Part shown: positions 39,276 to 51,567 of the stretch, one piece after another | Layout: every line of letters begins with the position of its first letter | Numbering within the stretch: position 1 is the first letter of the stretch | Source of the DNA: Tricharina praecox | Taxonomy: Eukaryota | Length of the DNA: 64,000 nucleotides | Direction of reading: 5' to 3' | NCBI RefSeq assembly: GCF_024521635.1 | Contig: NW_026250412.1 | Span: 248,001-312,000, forward strand | Program-made: the position numbers and the translations under genes | Notes under the pieces: generated by a model | Database searches by the model: none | Told to the model about the DNA's origin: nothing | Seen by the model: the letters and a program-made list of their open reading frames with translations, nothing else

Positions 39276-41212
39276 CCGGATCCACTCTGATATGACCTGG
39301 AGCGGTGCCTAGATCCTGTTTATTTGCTTTTGATGGAGTTTTCCATCAGTGATTGACTATGCGCTGTGTCTTTTCCTTTTCATGACGATTGCTTTCTATG
39401 TACACCTACGATTCATGCGTTTGATATTTCATTTGATAGGGGCTCCGGCGTTTGGACTTATGAGCTCGGCGGATTTGCGTTTTCTCTCCTTTTTATTTTT
39501 ATTTTTACTTGATTTGCGAGGGCTGAAAAGCATTGGGATGGGATTGGGGGGAATAGTGGTGGCGGTGGTGGTGATACGCAGAAGAGAAAGGAGGTATATT
39601 TCCAGTGTAATTATTAAGTGCGGGCATATGGTTGTGGAATGAAAACCCTCTGTTGCATGTACTAAAGCGATGGCATTCCCTACCGCTGGTCCCGTAGAGC
39701 CACGACGTACGGACAAGCTGCTGTTTGGGACCAGTCGAGGAGGGCTACGTATTGTACATGTTCTCCACCTACCCGCATCCTCGACACACACGCCCGCCCC
39801 TCGGACACTCGTGCTCGGACTCGAACTCGGAAGCCTCGCTCTCCCCTTCGGCCACTACATTCATAGAGGGGGCATTTCTACCTATGCACCCACCTACCTA
39901 CGTCCGTCATCTTCGGGAATTCCAGCACGGCTTCGCTGCAGTGCAGCACTCGACCGCGAATAGTTCAGCCATGTTCCACCACAACCTCTCTCGCCCCGTC
40001 TCCCTCCCCACTCGCGCCCATAAAGCCGACTGCTGTGCTTTCTACCGGGTGTGGTAGTTGTCGAAGTGGTGTTCCCAAGTCTGCTCGGCCCGATCACGAG
40101 CTTCTCGCCCCTTGCCGTTGCTGATGCGTCGCTTCGGGTGGGCTAGCGATGCTGGTAAAGTCGCGCCGCGTCTCCCGTATCTGTCATTGCAACGCAGCCA
40201 TTCGCTTCCGTGGACATCGGGTTTATCCGGAGGATGATTTGGCCAGGGCGTACTGTCGGTATGTCCCGGGCTGAGTGAGAGGGTGAGCATCGGTCTATTG
40301 CTGCATACGGCCTGTTTACCGCAGACTATGGCGACACGCGTCCGGGTTGGGAGAGAGAGCGATCTTTAGTTTATTTCGCATGCGCGTCCGGGTTGGGGTT
40401 GCCGTACACCAGGCGAAAGCCGAACACTCTCGAGTGACGTTTCATGATCGTTATTCGATCTCCACTCGATCAATGGCCATCCACTGGTCGCTTTCCTTCA
40501 AACTTTATGAGAAGAATAATGGCAAGTGAATCGGTTTATCCACCGAATTTTATAAGTGAATTTGACGTGCTGGATAGCTTGCATGTGCGACCGTCGGGCT
40601 GTAGTTAGTCAAGCTTGTAGGTTGAGGTGTGTGAGCAGTCAGCCAGGCAGGCTGACTCGAAGATCAGGGCCAATCCTAGGTGTCAATCGACTGGCTATGA
40701 TATATAGCCGTGGGGCGTATCCAATACTCATAATGGATCACTCGGGACTACCGGTAGATTCCGGCACGAACTACATTCTCACCGCCAACCGCGAAGAACA
40801 CCACACTCTTGCATGCCCTGTCCCCCCGGAATGCAACCGTTGGCTGGCGCATGGTGCGTCACGTAGGCGAATAAATCATCATGCGTGCCCCAAATTCGGC
40901 AAATGCCGTCAAGGTGCCGGAATGACTCGTATCCGATACGAGGCTGGTAGTTACCGTGACTCGTAAGGGATGGCGTGCCGGTTAACTAAGGATTGGCCCC
41001 TAATTAATTGTATGTACATAACAGGCTCTGTATTCGTGTTCGTACGCCTGCCCTTCTACAATCCACCTCATCCCTCACCAGCTCTCAACAAAATCCGTGA
41101 TATATCCTGCGAATCACGGCTTCTTCGCACACACATTCATTCCCATCCCTCCCCCTACCCCACGCGGTGGCGACTCAAATAACGAATACGCTGGTGTGAC
41201 CGACAAGAAAAA

Positions 41213-43294
41213 ATGGCGCCCAGGAGATCCCACAAGAAGTCGCGAACTGGCTGCCAGAAGTGCAAGAGACGCAGAATAAAGGTAAATAGTACCTACATTT
41301 GTTTTTAAACCATGGCCGGGTGCGAATACGGGTCAACCACGAGAAACAAAATCCGGCCGAGGAATAACCATCCAACGTAACTCGGGCCGATGGGCAGTGT
41401 TAATCCCTATCGCGCGTGTGTTTTTGTATATATATGCTAACTGCTTTTTCTTCCTGTATCATAGTGCGATGAGGTCCATCCTTCGTGCGGTAATTGCCTT
41501 AAGCATGCCATCATCTGCGATTTCTCATTGTCGCCCGAAGAGCAACGCGCTGTTTCGCTGGAGTTCCAATCGGCGCCGCGGGCTGCAGCCGGAGGTCAGG
41601 CGAAGTCGTCGTCGTCATCGGCCGCTTCACCGCTGCTGCTGCCGCCGCCGCCGCCCCCGCCGCCGCAGCTGCAGCAGCACTCATTGTCTCATCCGTCGCC
41701 CGTACATATGATAGTACAACAGTCGTCGAACTTGCCGACACTGGGGCTGATGGTTTCTGGGAATATGCCTTCTCCTGCGCCTTCGCAGGTTTATCACCAA
41801 CATTCGCCGGGAGCACATGAACATTGCAATATCCCTAGCGGAACATCGGAGGCGCCCTCGGTGTCTCCCATCACGTCTTCTACAATTGGGCCTAGTAGTA
41901 GTAGTAGTGGTGGTGGTGGCAATACTACGGATACTTTCCTTCACCAGAATATCCATAGTAAAGAGTCGCCCCATGAAGCGCTGCCATCACCATCGCCATC
42001 ATCAACACTGTCTTCATCGTCCTTCGCCACCTCGACGAACCAATCCGTAGTGTCTTCCGTCAACTTGCGAATCCCGACAGCGCACCCTCCCACACTCAAC
42101 GTGCTCGACCTCTCGCTGATGCACCACTGGTCCATCTACACCGTGGATTCGATGAGCAACCGCGACCATATCCAGCAGATATGGCGCCTCAACGTACCCA
42201 CACTAGCCGTCCACCACCCATTCCTAATGCACGCGCTCCTCGCCATCTCGGCGATGCACCTCCACTACAAAGGTGCCGACCCCTCCGAGAGCAGCCCCTA
42301 CCTCTCCGTCGCCTCGCACCACCACGAGTGCGCCGTCCGCGGCATGGCCGGCTGCCTCGCGCACATCTCCCGCGACAATTGCGACGCCCTGTTCATCGCG
42401 TCCTCGCTGGTAGTGATCTACTCCTTCGTTGCATCGCGCATCGACGAAGTGTGCTCCAGCGGCGGCAGCGGTAGCGCCAGCGCCAGCAGCGGCAGTAGCA
42501 GCAACAACAACAACAGCCACAGCCCGACGCAAATCGCCTCCTGGGTCCCTCTCATCCGCGGCGTGCACAGCATCCTGAAGCAAGCGTGGAGCTGGGTCAA
42601 CAGCGGCCCGCTCTCCCCACTCTTCACGCAATACGACCGCTCGCCGTCCAGCGAAGGCCTCGACCCGGAGACCGAGAGTGTGATCCAGAGCCTGTACCGT
42701 CTCTGCACGGACCGCACACTTCCGGGCTCCAACGAGCTCTCGGACATCGCGACGTCAACAGCATACTTCTCCGCGATCGCCGAGCTGCGGCGCACCTTCG
42801 CAACAATCTCGGCATGGGGGTCCATAATCGGCAGCATATTCGTATGGCCCGTCACGGCAAACGACAAGTACGTGGAGCTACTCGTTGAACGCCGCCCGCG
42901 CGCCCTCGTGATCTTCATGCACTACTGCGCACTGTTCTCACTCGTCGAGGAGTTCTGGTGGTCACAGGGCAGCGCTCTGTTCGAGCTCAGACGGTGCGAA
43001 CAGTGTTTAGCCGATGAGTGGCTGCCGTGGATCGAGTGGCCACGACTCAGAATTCTAGCGGGAGATCTGTCGGTCGTCGTCGGCGGTGGGGGAATGGGGT
43101 CGAAGCGCCTGCCTCTGCCGTCCGCGAGGAGGGCGGCACACGAGCAGTCGCCTAGTATGACGCCCCCGCCACCGCCACCTCCTCCATCAGTGGCACAACC
43201 ACAACCATCACAACCACAACCACAACCACAACCACAACCACAGACGATGACGCCGACGACGATGGCGAGCCCGGTGGAGCAGGAGGTGAAGTGA
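41213..43294 (+). CDS. Zn(II)2Cys6 transcription factor, Upc2/Ecm22-like (~632 aa)
   Basis: Exon 1 (41213-41281) MAPRRSHKKSRTGCQKCKRRRIK, intron 41282..41464 (GTAAAT..GCTAAC..TAG), then CDEVHPSCGNCLKHAIICDF, giving all six Cys. The C-terminal domain LDLSLMHHW..HPFLMHALLAISAMHL..WVPLIRGV..PRALVIFMHY..WIEWP is typical of Upc2-like fungal TFs. Confidence 0.92.
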
Positions 43295-43429
43295 GCCGCT
43301 ACCTATCTCTGCCATCTCTGCTACCCATATCCTTAATCTTTCATATGTGCGCCTGGCGCTTCGGAGTTTGTTCTGTCATATTCTGTCATATTCTGTCATG
43401 TTTCCCCATGTTTCCGCAGTGCGGTGCGC

Positions 43430-44160
43430 GTACTGTAGTAGCTGTAAGTGTAGTAGCTGTAGTAGCTGTAGTAGCTGTAGTAGGTAGCTGTAGTAGTTTG
43501 GATACACTGAGTGCTCTAATACCCCCAATACCCTAATGCCCTTCAAAAACATCGAAAGTTCGAAACATCAACTGCACGAATCTCGCATTGCATTGTAATC
43601 CTTCCTTCCTCTCTTGAGTCTTCATTCCCGTCTCCATTCCCGTCTAAAAAACCATCACAACACAGCAATGACAACAAAACAGTGACAATTTATCTCTATC
43701 GGCCATAACCTTCGGGTTCCATGCTGTATGAACAATCAATCAATCAACAACAGTGACAACACAACAGTGACAACACAACACTCAGACCCATAGAAGAAGA
43801 AGAAGATGATGAAAACCACAGGAATACCATTGCCATTGCCATTGCCATTGCCATTGCCCATCGTCGTCGTCCCCACCTTGTCACCTTACCTGCCTAAGTA
43901 CCTAACCTACCTAGGGAATAATTTTTTCCTAGCCAGAAAAAGAAAGTCGCTAATGTACAGAAAACAAAACACGAAACAAAACACGGCAAAAAAGAAAAAA
44001 AAGGGTGAGAAAACGAAGAACACGTGAAAAGAAAGAAAGAAGGGGTGATCCATTCCCTACAGAAGAAGAACATGACAAGACAAAAAAAATCCGCCCCTCG
44101 TCCCCCGTCCCCCGTTCCTGTCCCATCCAATCCAATCCAATCCAATCCAATCCAAATGTC
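43430..44160. repeat. Cluster of SSRs between convergent 3' ends: (GTAGCTGTA)n, (CCATTG)n, (CCAAT)n
   Basis: Seen directly at ~43435-43495, ~43827-43858 and ~44125-44155. Confidence 0.8.
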
Positions 44161-44451
44161 TATCCGTATCGTATCGAAATGGGGGGATGGATGCTCGAGT
44201 CATGTAATGCTGTTGTAAACAAGGAGAAAAAGAAAAAGCACAAAAGAGTAAACAAACGCATGGAGCTAGCCAGCAACCCATCACCTCAAGAACGAAAGAA
44301 AAAAACAGAAAAAAAGAACCGTATGCTAAAACGAAAGGAAAGGAAGAACAGGAAAGAAAGAAAGAAGTGATGTTTAAAAAGGGCCTATACAAGAGAATCG
44401 AACAGCGAACAGAAAGAGAGAGGAAAAAAACACGCCCCATCGTTCACTCTA

Positions 44452-47400
44452 CTACTCGCGAAGACTGGCGATGAAGTTGTTGAGATCGTACTCATCAGTG
44501 TACTGACTTTCATCCCACAATTCGCCAATATCGTCGAGAGGTCCCTTGGCACCCTTCTGTCTGACTTCACCCGTGGTGGCATCAACCATCTCTTCCTCGT
44601 TGCCGGGCTTCGGCGCTGCGATCGTGTCGCCAACGTTGAACAGGTCCAGAATTTGGTCCGTCTCCATGGTTGCGAGACCGGCGTTCTGTTGGTTCACGAC
44701 CGTCGAGGCTACGTCTAGCTTGAAGCGTTGGAGGCTGCACAACATGTTAGTTTTCATACGACTTGGAGTATAATAGTTGGGGGTGGTGGGGTTACCTCAT
44801 GATCTTCTCCTCCAACGTCCCCCGAGTGATGAGACGATAGACATTGACCACCTTCTTCTGTCCGATTCGATGGGCGCGGTCCATGGCTTGCATATCCTTC
44901 TGAGGGTTCCAATCGTGTTCCACAAAGATCACGGTATCGGCACCAGTCAAGTTAAGGCCTAGACCACCGACATGGGTCGTCAAGAGAAGAACGTCGATCG
45001 AAGGGTCTCCATTGAACTTGGTGACGAGGTCCTGGCGCTTCCGGGCATCGGTGCTACCGTCCATCCGCATGTACGTCAACGACGGGAGTAGTTTCCTGAA
45101 GACATCGTTCTCGACGATGTCGCACATCTCCTTGAGTTGGCAGAAGATCAATGCTCGGTGCTGACTGATGGCATTGCCGCCTGTGGGTAGTTCTCCAGCC
45201 TGAGTGGTGGAGTCAACGCCAATACCGCAATCCACCAGAAGATCTCGGAGGGCGCCCAGTTTCGGTGCATGGACAATATCACGTAACGACGACTTCTCTT
45301 TTACTAGTTGACGGGTGACCGATTCGTATTGCGGATGCTTTTCATTGACGACCAGTGAAGGTGAGTTGCAGAGTTTGCGCATGTATTGTAAAGCTTGGAA
45401 GATGTGCTGCTTGGCCTGTTTGTCGCCTTCGCCGACGACTTCGCCGATTGTCTTTGCCTGTTTCTTGGCAAAATCGTCGTACAACCTCTTCTGTAACTCG
45501 CTGAGATCGCAGTAGTAATTTTGAATAATCTTGGGGGGTAGATCGTCCAGCACCTCTTCCTTCAGCCGTCGTAGAAGGAACGGCAATACCTGTTTGTGAA
45601 GGGCTTCGATCGCCAGCGCACCGGCTTCCTGCTCCTTGGAATTGCTTTTGCTGTTACGACTCGCAGCGATAGGCTTAGCGAATCGATCCAGGAAGACCTT
45701 CTCGGTGCCGAGGAAACCGGGCATGAGGAAATCAAACAGCGACCAGAGCTCGAGCACATTGTTCTGGATCGGTGTGCCGGACAGGATGAGGCGATGGTTT
45801 GCGACAACTCGCTTGACAGCCTGGGTGAGTTTCGCTTTGGAGTTTTTGATGATGTGGCCCTCGTCGAGAACGCAGTAGTTCCAGTTGAGCTTGGCTATCT
45901 GCTCAATGTCGTTCCTGCAGATATCGTAAGACGTGATCACGACATCCGTCTGGCCAAGTAGACTCTTCACACGCGCACGCTCGGCTGGATTCCCAACATA
46001 GCAGGTGGCCGTCAAGAAGGGAGCGTATTGATTGATCTCCTGCAGCCAATGTCCCGACAAGGTAGGTGGGCATATGATCAACGAAGGCAGCCGGCGGTGC
46101 TCTGGGGATCCTGTCTTCTTGAATTCCTCGGCACGCAAGTGGTGATCGCTAGAGACGATGCAGATAGTCTGTAATGTCTTTCCGAGACCCATATCGTCGC
46201 AGAGAATACCGTGTAGATGGTATTTGTTGAGGAAAGCCAGCCAGTTGACACCTTCTTGCTGGTAGGAACGGAGATCCGCTTTGATCGTCACGGGGAGCTC
46301 GAACGGCTCAACCTTGTGCACATCGAGCATCTGCGCGATGAACTTGCGCTCACGGTCCCTGCCCTTCAGCAGCTCCGCCGAGAGTCCAGGTGGATCGGGG
46401 ATACCGGCCTCGAGCGGAACCAGCTTGACCAGCGTTGCAAACGTGGTGGTGGCAATTAGTCGAATGTCATTGTCCGAATCGCTCATACGTCCAAGGATCG
46501 GCACGATCAAAAATACCACGTAAGGAAGGATATCCTCCTCCATCACGTGGATCAGATGATATACACACTCAACTGCACCCTGGCGGCAGTGCAAATCAAC
46601 GGCATTTCCAATCATGGGCAGAATGTTCTCGACCAGTGCAGTCATTCCCTCCACCGTGATGACACTGCAAATCGTCGCAAAGCATTTGGCAGCCGCGTAT
46701 CGAAGGACCGAGAACGTGGACTGAAGGGCACCAATGATCAACGGGAAAAGCTTGATGATGGCCGAGTGCAGATCGCCATGGAACTTTGGCAGCAATGCAC
46801 GCAGAGTTGAAAGTCCATCCACAACCTCCTGCCCAAGGGAGACGCCTGGATCCGTGATGTTGGCTGGTAGAGCGCCATCGAAAGCAGTGTGCAGCGGATC
46901 CTCAATGCAAGCCCGGATTTTGGGTACGCCAGCAAAAAGGTCGGCTCCAAACGTCTTGGCTAATTGCTCGAGAGCCTCTTTCGCTCCGCGTCGCTTGATT
47001 CTTGCTTCTCGAGCCTCTTTCTCGAATGCTGCCTGATCCGCGTGCTCTCGGCGGTCCTCTTCCTTCCTCAGCGACAGGATGTTGTCCGTGAAAGTCGAGT
47101 TGACATGGAAGATCGGAACTTCGGAAGTGTCGACGCAAAGGAACGAGATGAGATTCTTGGTAACCTTGTCCGACACAATGTTGCGGCCCGTTCCGGAGCA
47201 TAGACCGACCAGGGATGCAACTGAAAGGGCCGACCGTCTCTGGAGGTCAACATTCTCTTCCATCTTGACGCTCTCGATGACTCCGCGGACGATAGTGTTA
47301 AGTTTCTTCGGGAGTTCTCCGGAAGCAATGTAAGCACCAGCCGCCGCCGCAAGAATCCGAGCATCTCGCTGGGCTTTGGCCGATTTGGCTTCCTCGATTG

Positions 47401-50400
47401 CATGCATCGCATTCGTACGTGCGTCGGTAAGTACCTGTGATGACAGCAGCTTTTGAGCCGACATCATGCCCTTTTTAAGGCGAGTGAAATCGTCGTTGAC
47501 AATCTTTTCAGCTTTCTCGATGCTGAACGCATCGGGGCCGGCGTCGGGATCTCCTTGCACCACAACTGCTATGTTTGGTATCTTGGATGCCGCCACCTTT
47601 CCGTCGGACTTGAAAGAGTTAAGCAACGCTTGGCATTGCGAGCGGACGATCTGCATGTAGGAAACGAGGTCCCAATAGAATGCCGGGCGATCCGCATTGA
47701 GAACATCGAGGAGGGCCTCCAGGAAGACGGTCTTGAGCGGACTCGCGGGCTTGCATTCCTTCGCATACTCCTCGACAGTCATGGCAGCAACCAGCTGAGT
47801 CGAGGCATATGGCGATTTGAGGTGGTGGGTTATTCTGGGCTTGAACGTATCCAACGCTTCGTCCTCGGGCCACAGACTCATTGCCAGACCCATTGCCGTC
47901 GCACCAGCGATCTTTGTCTTGACGATCGTCTCGTAACCGACCAGATCGATGTCTCCCTGAATCATATGACCATCAACGTTGTGTCCAGCTGCCACTGGTT
48001 CCTCCTTCTTCTCACTCTTTCGCCGCCGCTTTCGCTCGGGCTCCTGGCCTGGGGGTGCTTGGGTCGGCGAAACGACTCGGGCCGGAACCGCGATGCCGGG
48101 AAGCACCAGTATCTGACCCGATGGCCGGATGAAGAGGGAGGGATCGAGGGGATACGGGTGACGAGAAACACCGATAGGAGTGGTCAACAGCTTCAGGAGT
48201 GGATCCAGATGAGGTCCAAATTCGTGAGCAAGACGAGCGGGATTGTCTCTGGCAAGCTCCGTGATCAATGCCGCCCAGACCTGCAACGACAGCGACAACA
48301 CCGCTTCGTTCCTCTCAACAAGCAGATTCTGGAAGACAAGTCGCAAAGCTTTTCCATCCACCCAGCCCTTGGTGCCATCTCCCTGGACGTTCAAGAATGT
48401 CAACAGTGCTCGCAGAACTGCCGAACGGACACTGGTGATGGTGTGACGCAGGAACGGGTAGAGTCTGGGAACCAAGAGCGCAAATGATTGCGATGGATCC
48501 GTCGAAGCCTTGTGTCTCATGGCTTCCAGCACTTCCGGAAACGAGCAGAGCTTGGCAAGTAAGTCCATAACCGACCCTGTACTCGCACTCAAGTCGTCCT
48601 TGAGGTGTGACAAGCACTCCCAGACAACATTGATCAACCCATCGACGGCTTGAGGACGCAAGGAGATGAATTCAGCTGCTATGGGTATCAGAGTAGCAGC
48701 ACTGACAGCTCTCACATCGTCGTCCAGATCCGCCAAGCCGCGCATGACCGCCTGAACCACGCCGTCCAACAGCTCGGCGTTTTTGGTAAGAATATCCGTC
48801 CGGACTGCGCTGAGGTATTTGAGACCAAGCATACCACCGTGGCACACCTGCCAGATGGGCTTCGAGATGCCCAGGTCCTCCTGCATGACCAACCGATACA
48901 GGTTACGGTAAACCTTGTGGACGGATCCGGGCGAGAGATGCTTCAAGAGCGCACCCATAGTCTGAGAGGTGGTCTCGCGTATCGGTGCGACCACGTTGTC
49001 GGAAACATAGTCGCCGAAACGGTCGAGCATGAAGATGCATGTTAACCGACATGCAAGGTCGTCCAGCCATTTCTCGTTGAGCACATCGTTTTCCTTCCGG
49101 TTTCTTCCACGCGCCCTTCCAGCGCCCGCTCCGTGAGCCCTAACAACTTCCCTCAACCCCATAGCAGCACCGTGGCGTATTTCCCAATTAGGATCAAACA
49201 GGTCGACCATCAAGATTTCGCACAACCGCTCGAATGGCCAATCCATGTCTTCCCCGGAGGTTTGGATCAGCGGTGATGGGGGCTGTGCTGGTCCCTTGTA
49301 TTCCACCGCGATCTTTGTATCGTCGGGCAGGGCATCGGAGCCCAACGAGAAGTAATCCTGCGGAGTGACGCCATTCTCGGCCTTCTTCACCGGGTGAGGT
49401 GTCGCCTCGTTCACCATTGCGCTGACATCCGAACTCATGCGCCGCGAGCTGCCCAGATCCACCACACGCACCTTATTGGCGTGGTTTTTGGCATTTGCCT
49501 TTGCTTTTCGTTTCAAGGCGTTGATCTGCCTCTTGCTGAGTGTCGTGCACTCGTCGGTTGGAGTCTGGGGATGCGCTTCCATTGGTGACATGGGGGTTTT
49601 GACGGATGGGGACTGCAATGGCGGCCGAATAAAGTGACCCACCGACGTATCTATCCGAGAAGTCGGCATCGGATTGGACCCGCCTGCAGCAAAGTCCTTC
49701 TCGGTGACAATCTCATCATCCATGTATTCCCCGCCCAGGCCCAATCGAGCCGTGACGTTACGTTTCTGTGCCGCCAGCCTCTCGGCAGGGTCCAGGTCCG
49801 CCAGAGAGAAATCGTACTCCCTCCCCGAGCTGCCTAGTAAGGTCTTTCCGTACTTGAGCACCGCGGTCAGATCCAGAGTTTCAAAGCTCAGCACGCCGTC
49901 GTCCAACCCGTTCCCATTCTCCGTTCCGTCGGCCGTATCCTCCTCCTCATCCTCCTCTTTGATTTCGTTCTTTATTTCGTTCTTAGCGCTGTAGTTGACG
50001 TATTCTTCGCCCACGTTAGGGTCCCACCTCTCCGCGTTGTCCACGATCCCCGCGATCGCCTTTGTAGCAGCTACACGGGTCTCCCATGTTTTCGATCTTA
50101 GGTGGGGGACGACACGGTTAAGAAGATTGAAGAGTTCGTCAGGGTGGGCCTTCTGGATATCTGCGAGCTGAACGGCGGCCGTATTCCGAACCAGGGCAGT
50201 CGATCCGGAATCGAGTAGACTGTACGGAGACCGGATGGCATGTCAGTAAAGCCAAAGGCCACCGAATGACCAGCAGGAGCACCAATCAACGGAATGGGGT
50301 CGGAGCGGAAAGCAACGTACGTTACAAGTCGGTCAAGTCTAGAGATGAAAGTTAGCGAAAGGTCTTGAGAATCGACAACACAGCAGTCCGAACAGAACCA

Positions 50401-51160
50401 TGATCCGAGTGTGAGAAAGGGAGGGTGTAGGGGCCGTTGAGGAGGTGACAACAAGCGAGCAGATGAAGTGAAACAAAAGCAGCAGCAGCAAAATCAATCG
50501 GCATCAACAGCTGCCAGTGCACGATGTAGCCACCCCAACCATACGGGGCACACATCGCATATCTCATATGGTGACTGTACATGTGGACGGGAATGCAGTT
50601 CATCAATTGAGCAACCAATTAACTAGACATTCGACCAAGGGGGATGAGTAGAGAGATGAAGTTCGGGGATGCGAGCAAGGAGGAAGACCGGGGCACAGAC
50701 GACAGTGACCATTAGCATCTCGATGGAGACGATATCAGGATCGGGCAGGTCAGGGTGCGGCGGAAAACAATAGGATTCCAAGACCAGTGGAAATCTCCAT
50801 TGCCCCTCTTCATGTCCCTAGCCTCCGTCCGTCTCGGTCCGTATCCCTTGGAAGCAATCACCCGATCTCACTCATCATCATCTCTCCTCCCCAAGCCCAC
50901 AACCGACGCTCCCTCTTTCGTCCATAGCTTTCTCCGTCCAAACTCGACCCTCACTTGACATCCATCTCATGTAAGAGACCACGTGCTCAGCTCGGCTAAT
51001 TCGGGGGGAAGGGGGGAGGGGGGGAGGGGGGGATGGGGGGAAGAGAAATGGAAACAGAGCTTTCTTTGGATGAGAAAGGTGTGAATCAAGAAAGGAAAAA
51101 GAAACAAGAAAAAGAAAAAAGAAAAGAAGGATAAAACGAGTTTGTCTCTCACCTCGACAT
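44452..51160 (-). CDS. MOT1: TBP-associated Snf2 ATPase Mot1 (BTAF1), ~1910 aa
   Basis: Exons 51160-51153, 50338-50321, 50219-44796 and 44734-44452 give MSRLDRLVTLLDSGSTALVRNTAA. HEAT-repeat region (DRFGDYVSDNVVAPIRET) and Snf2 motifs GILCDDMGLGKTLQT, LDEGH, LSGTPIQN, LLTTHVGGLGLNL, QAMDRAHRIGQ. The position of the first micro-exon is less certain than the rest. Confidence 0.97.
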
Positions 51161-51545
51161 GTTTTGCCCATAGTTGAAAGTAACCAACCAGAGTAAAAAA
51201 GGTTATCGTTGCCGATGCCGATGCTCGACCACTTTCTCCTTGGCGGTTGTTGAAGGAAGCGGTTGAAAGTGATGTGATGTGACGAGGCGGGAAGGGATGG
51301 ACGCTAAAGAGGACGAAAGAGGTACTTTCGATTAGTATGGGTGCTTAAGCGGGCAAATTGTGGCGTGTGTTTGAGTAGGAGTGTAGTAGGCGCAGGGACT
51401 GAGTGTGGGGTGGATGAAGGTGGGGGAAGGGATTGCGGTTGTGTGTAAGGTATGTGAGGAGGAAGTACTCAAGCAGGTACTCAATGAGCTCAAGAAGGTA
51501 GGTGAAGGGATAGGTGAACAGAGGGTATATGTAGTATGGGGTGGA

Positions 51546-51567
51546 GGGGGGGGGGGGGGGGGGGGGG
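51546..51567. repeat. Poly-G tract (22 nt) upstream of MOT1
   Basis: Seen directly. Confidence 0.9.

Noticed and set aside
39790..39875. tRNA-like motifs on the minus strand (TGTAGTGG...GAGTTCGAGTCC)
   Set aside because: The T-stem and acceptor stem do not pair, so no cloverleaf can be built.
47453..48487. 344-aa plus-strand ORF
   Set aside because: Entirely antisense to the MOT1 coding exon; shadow ORF.
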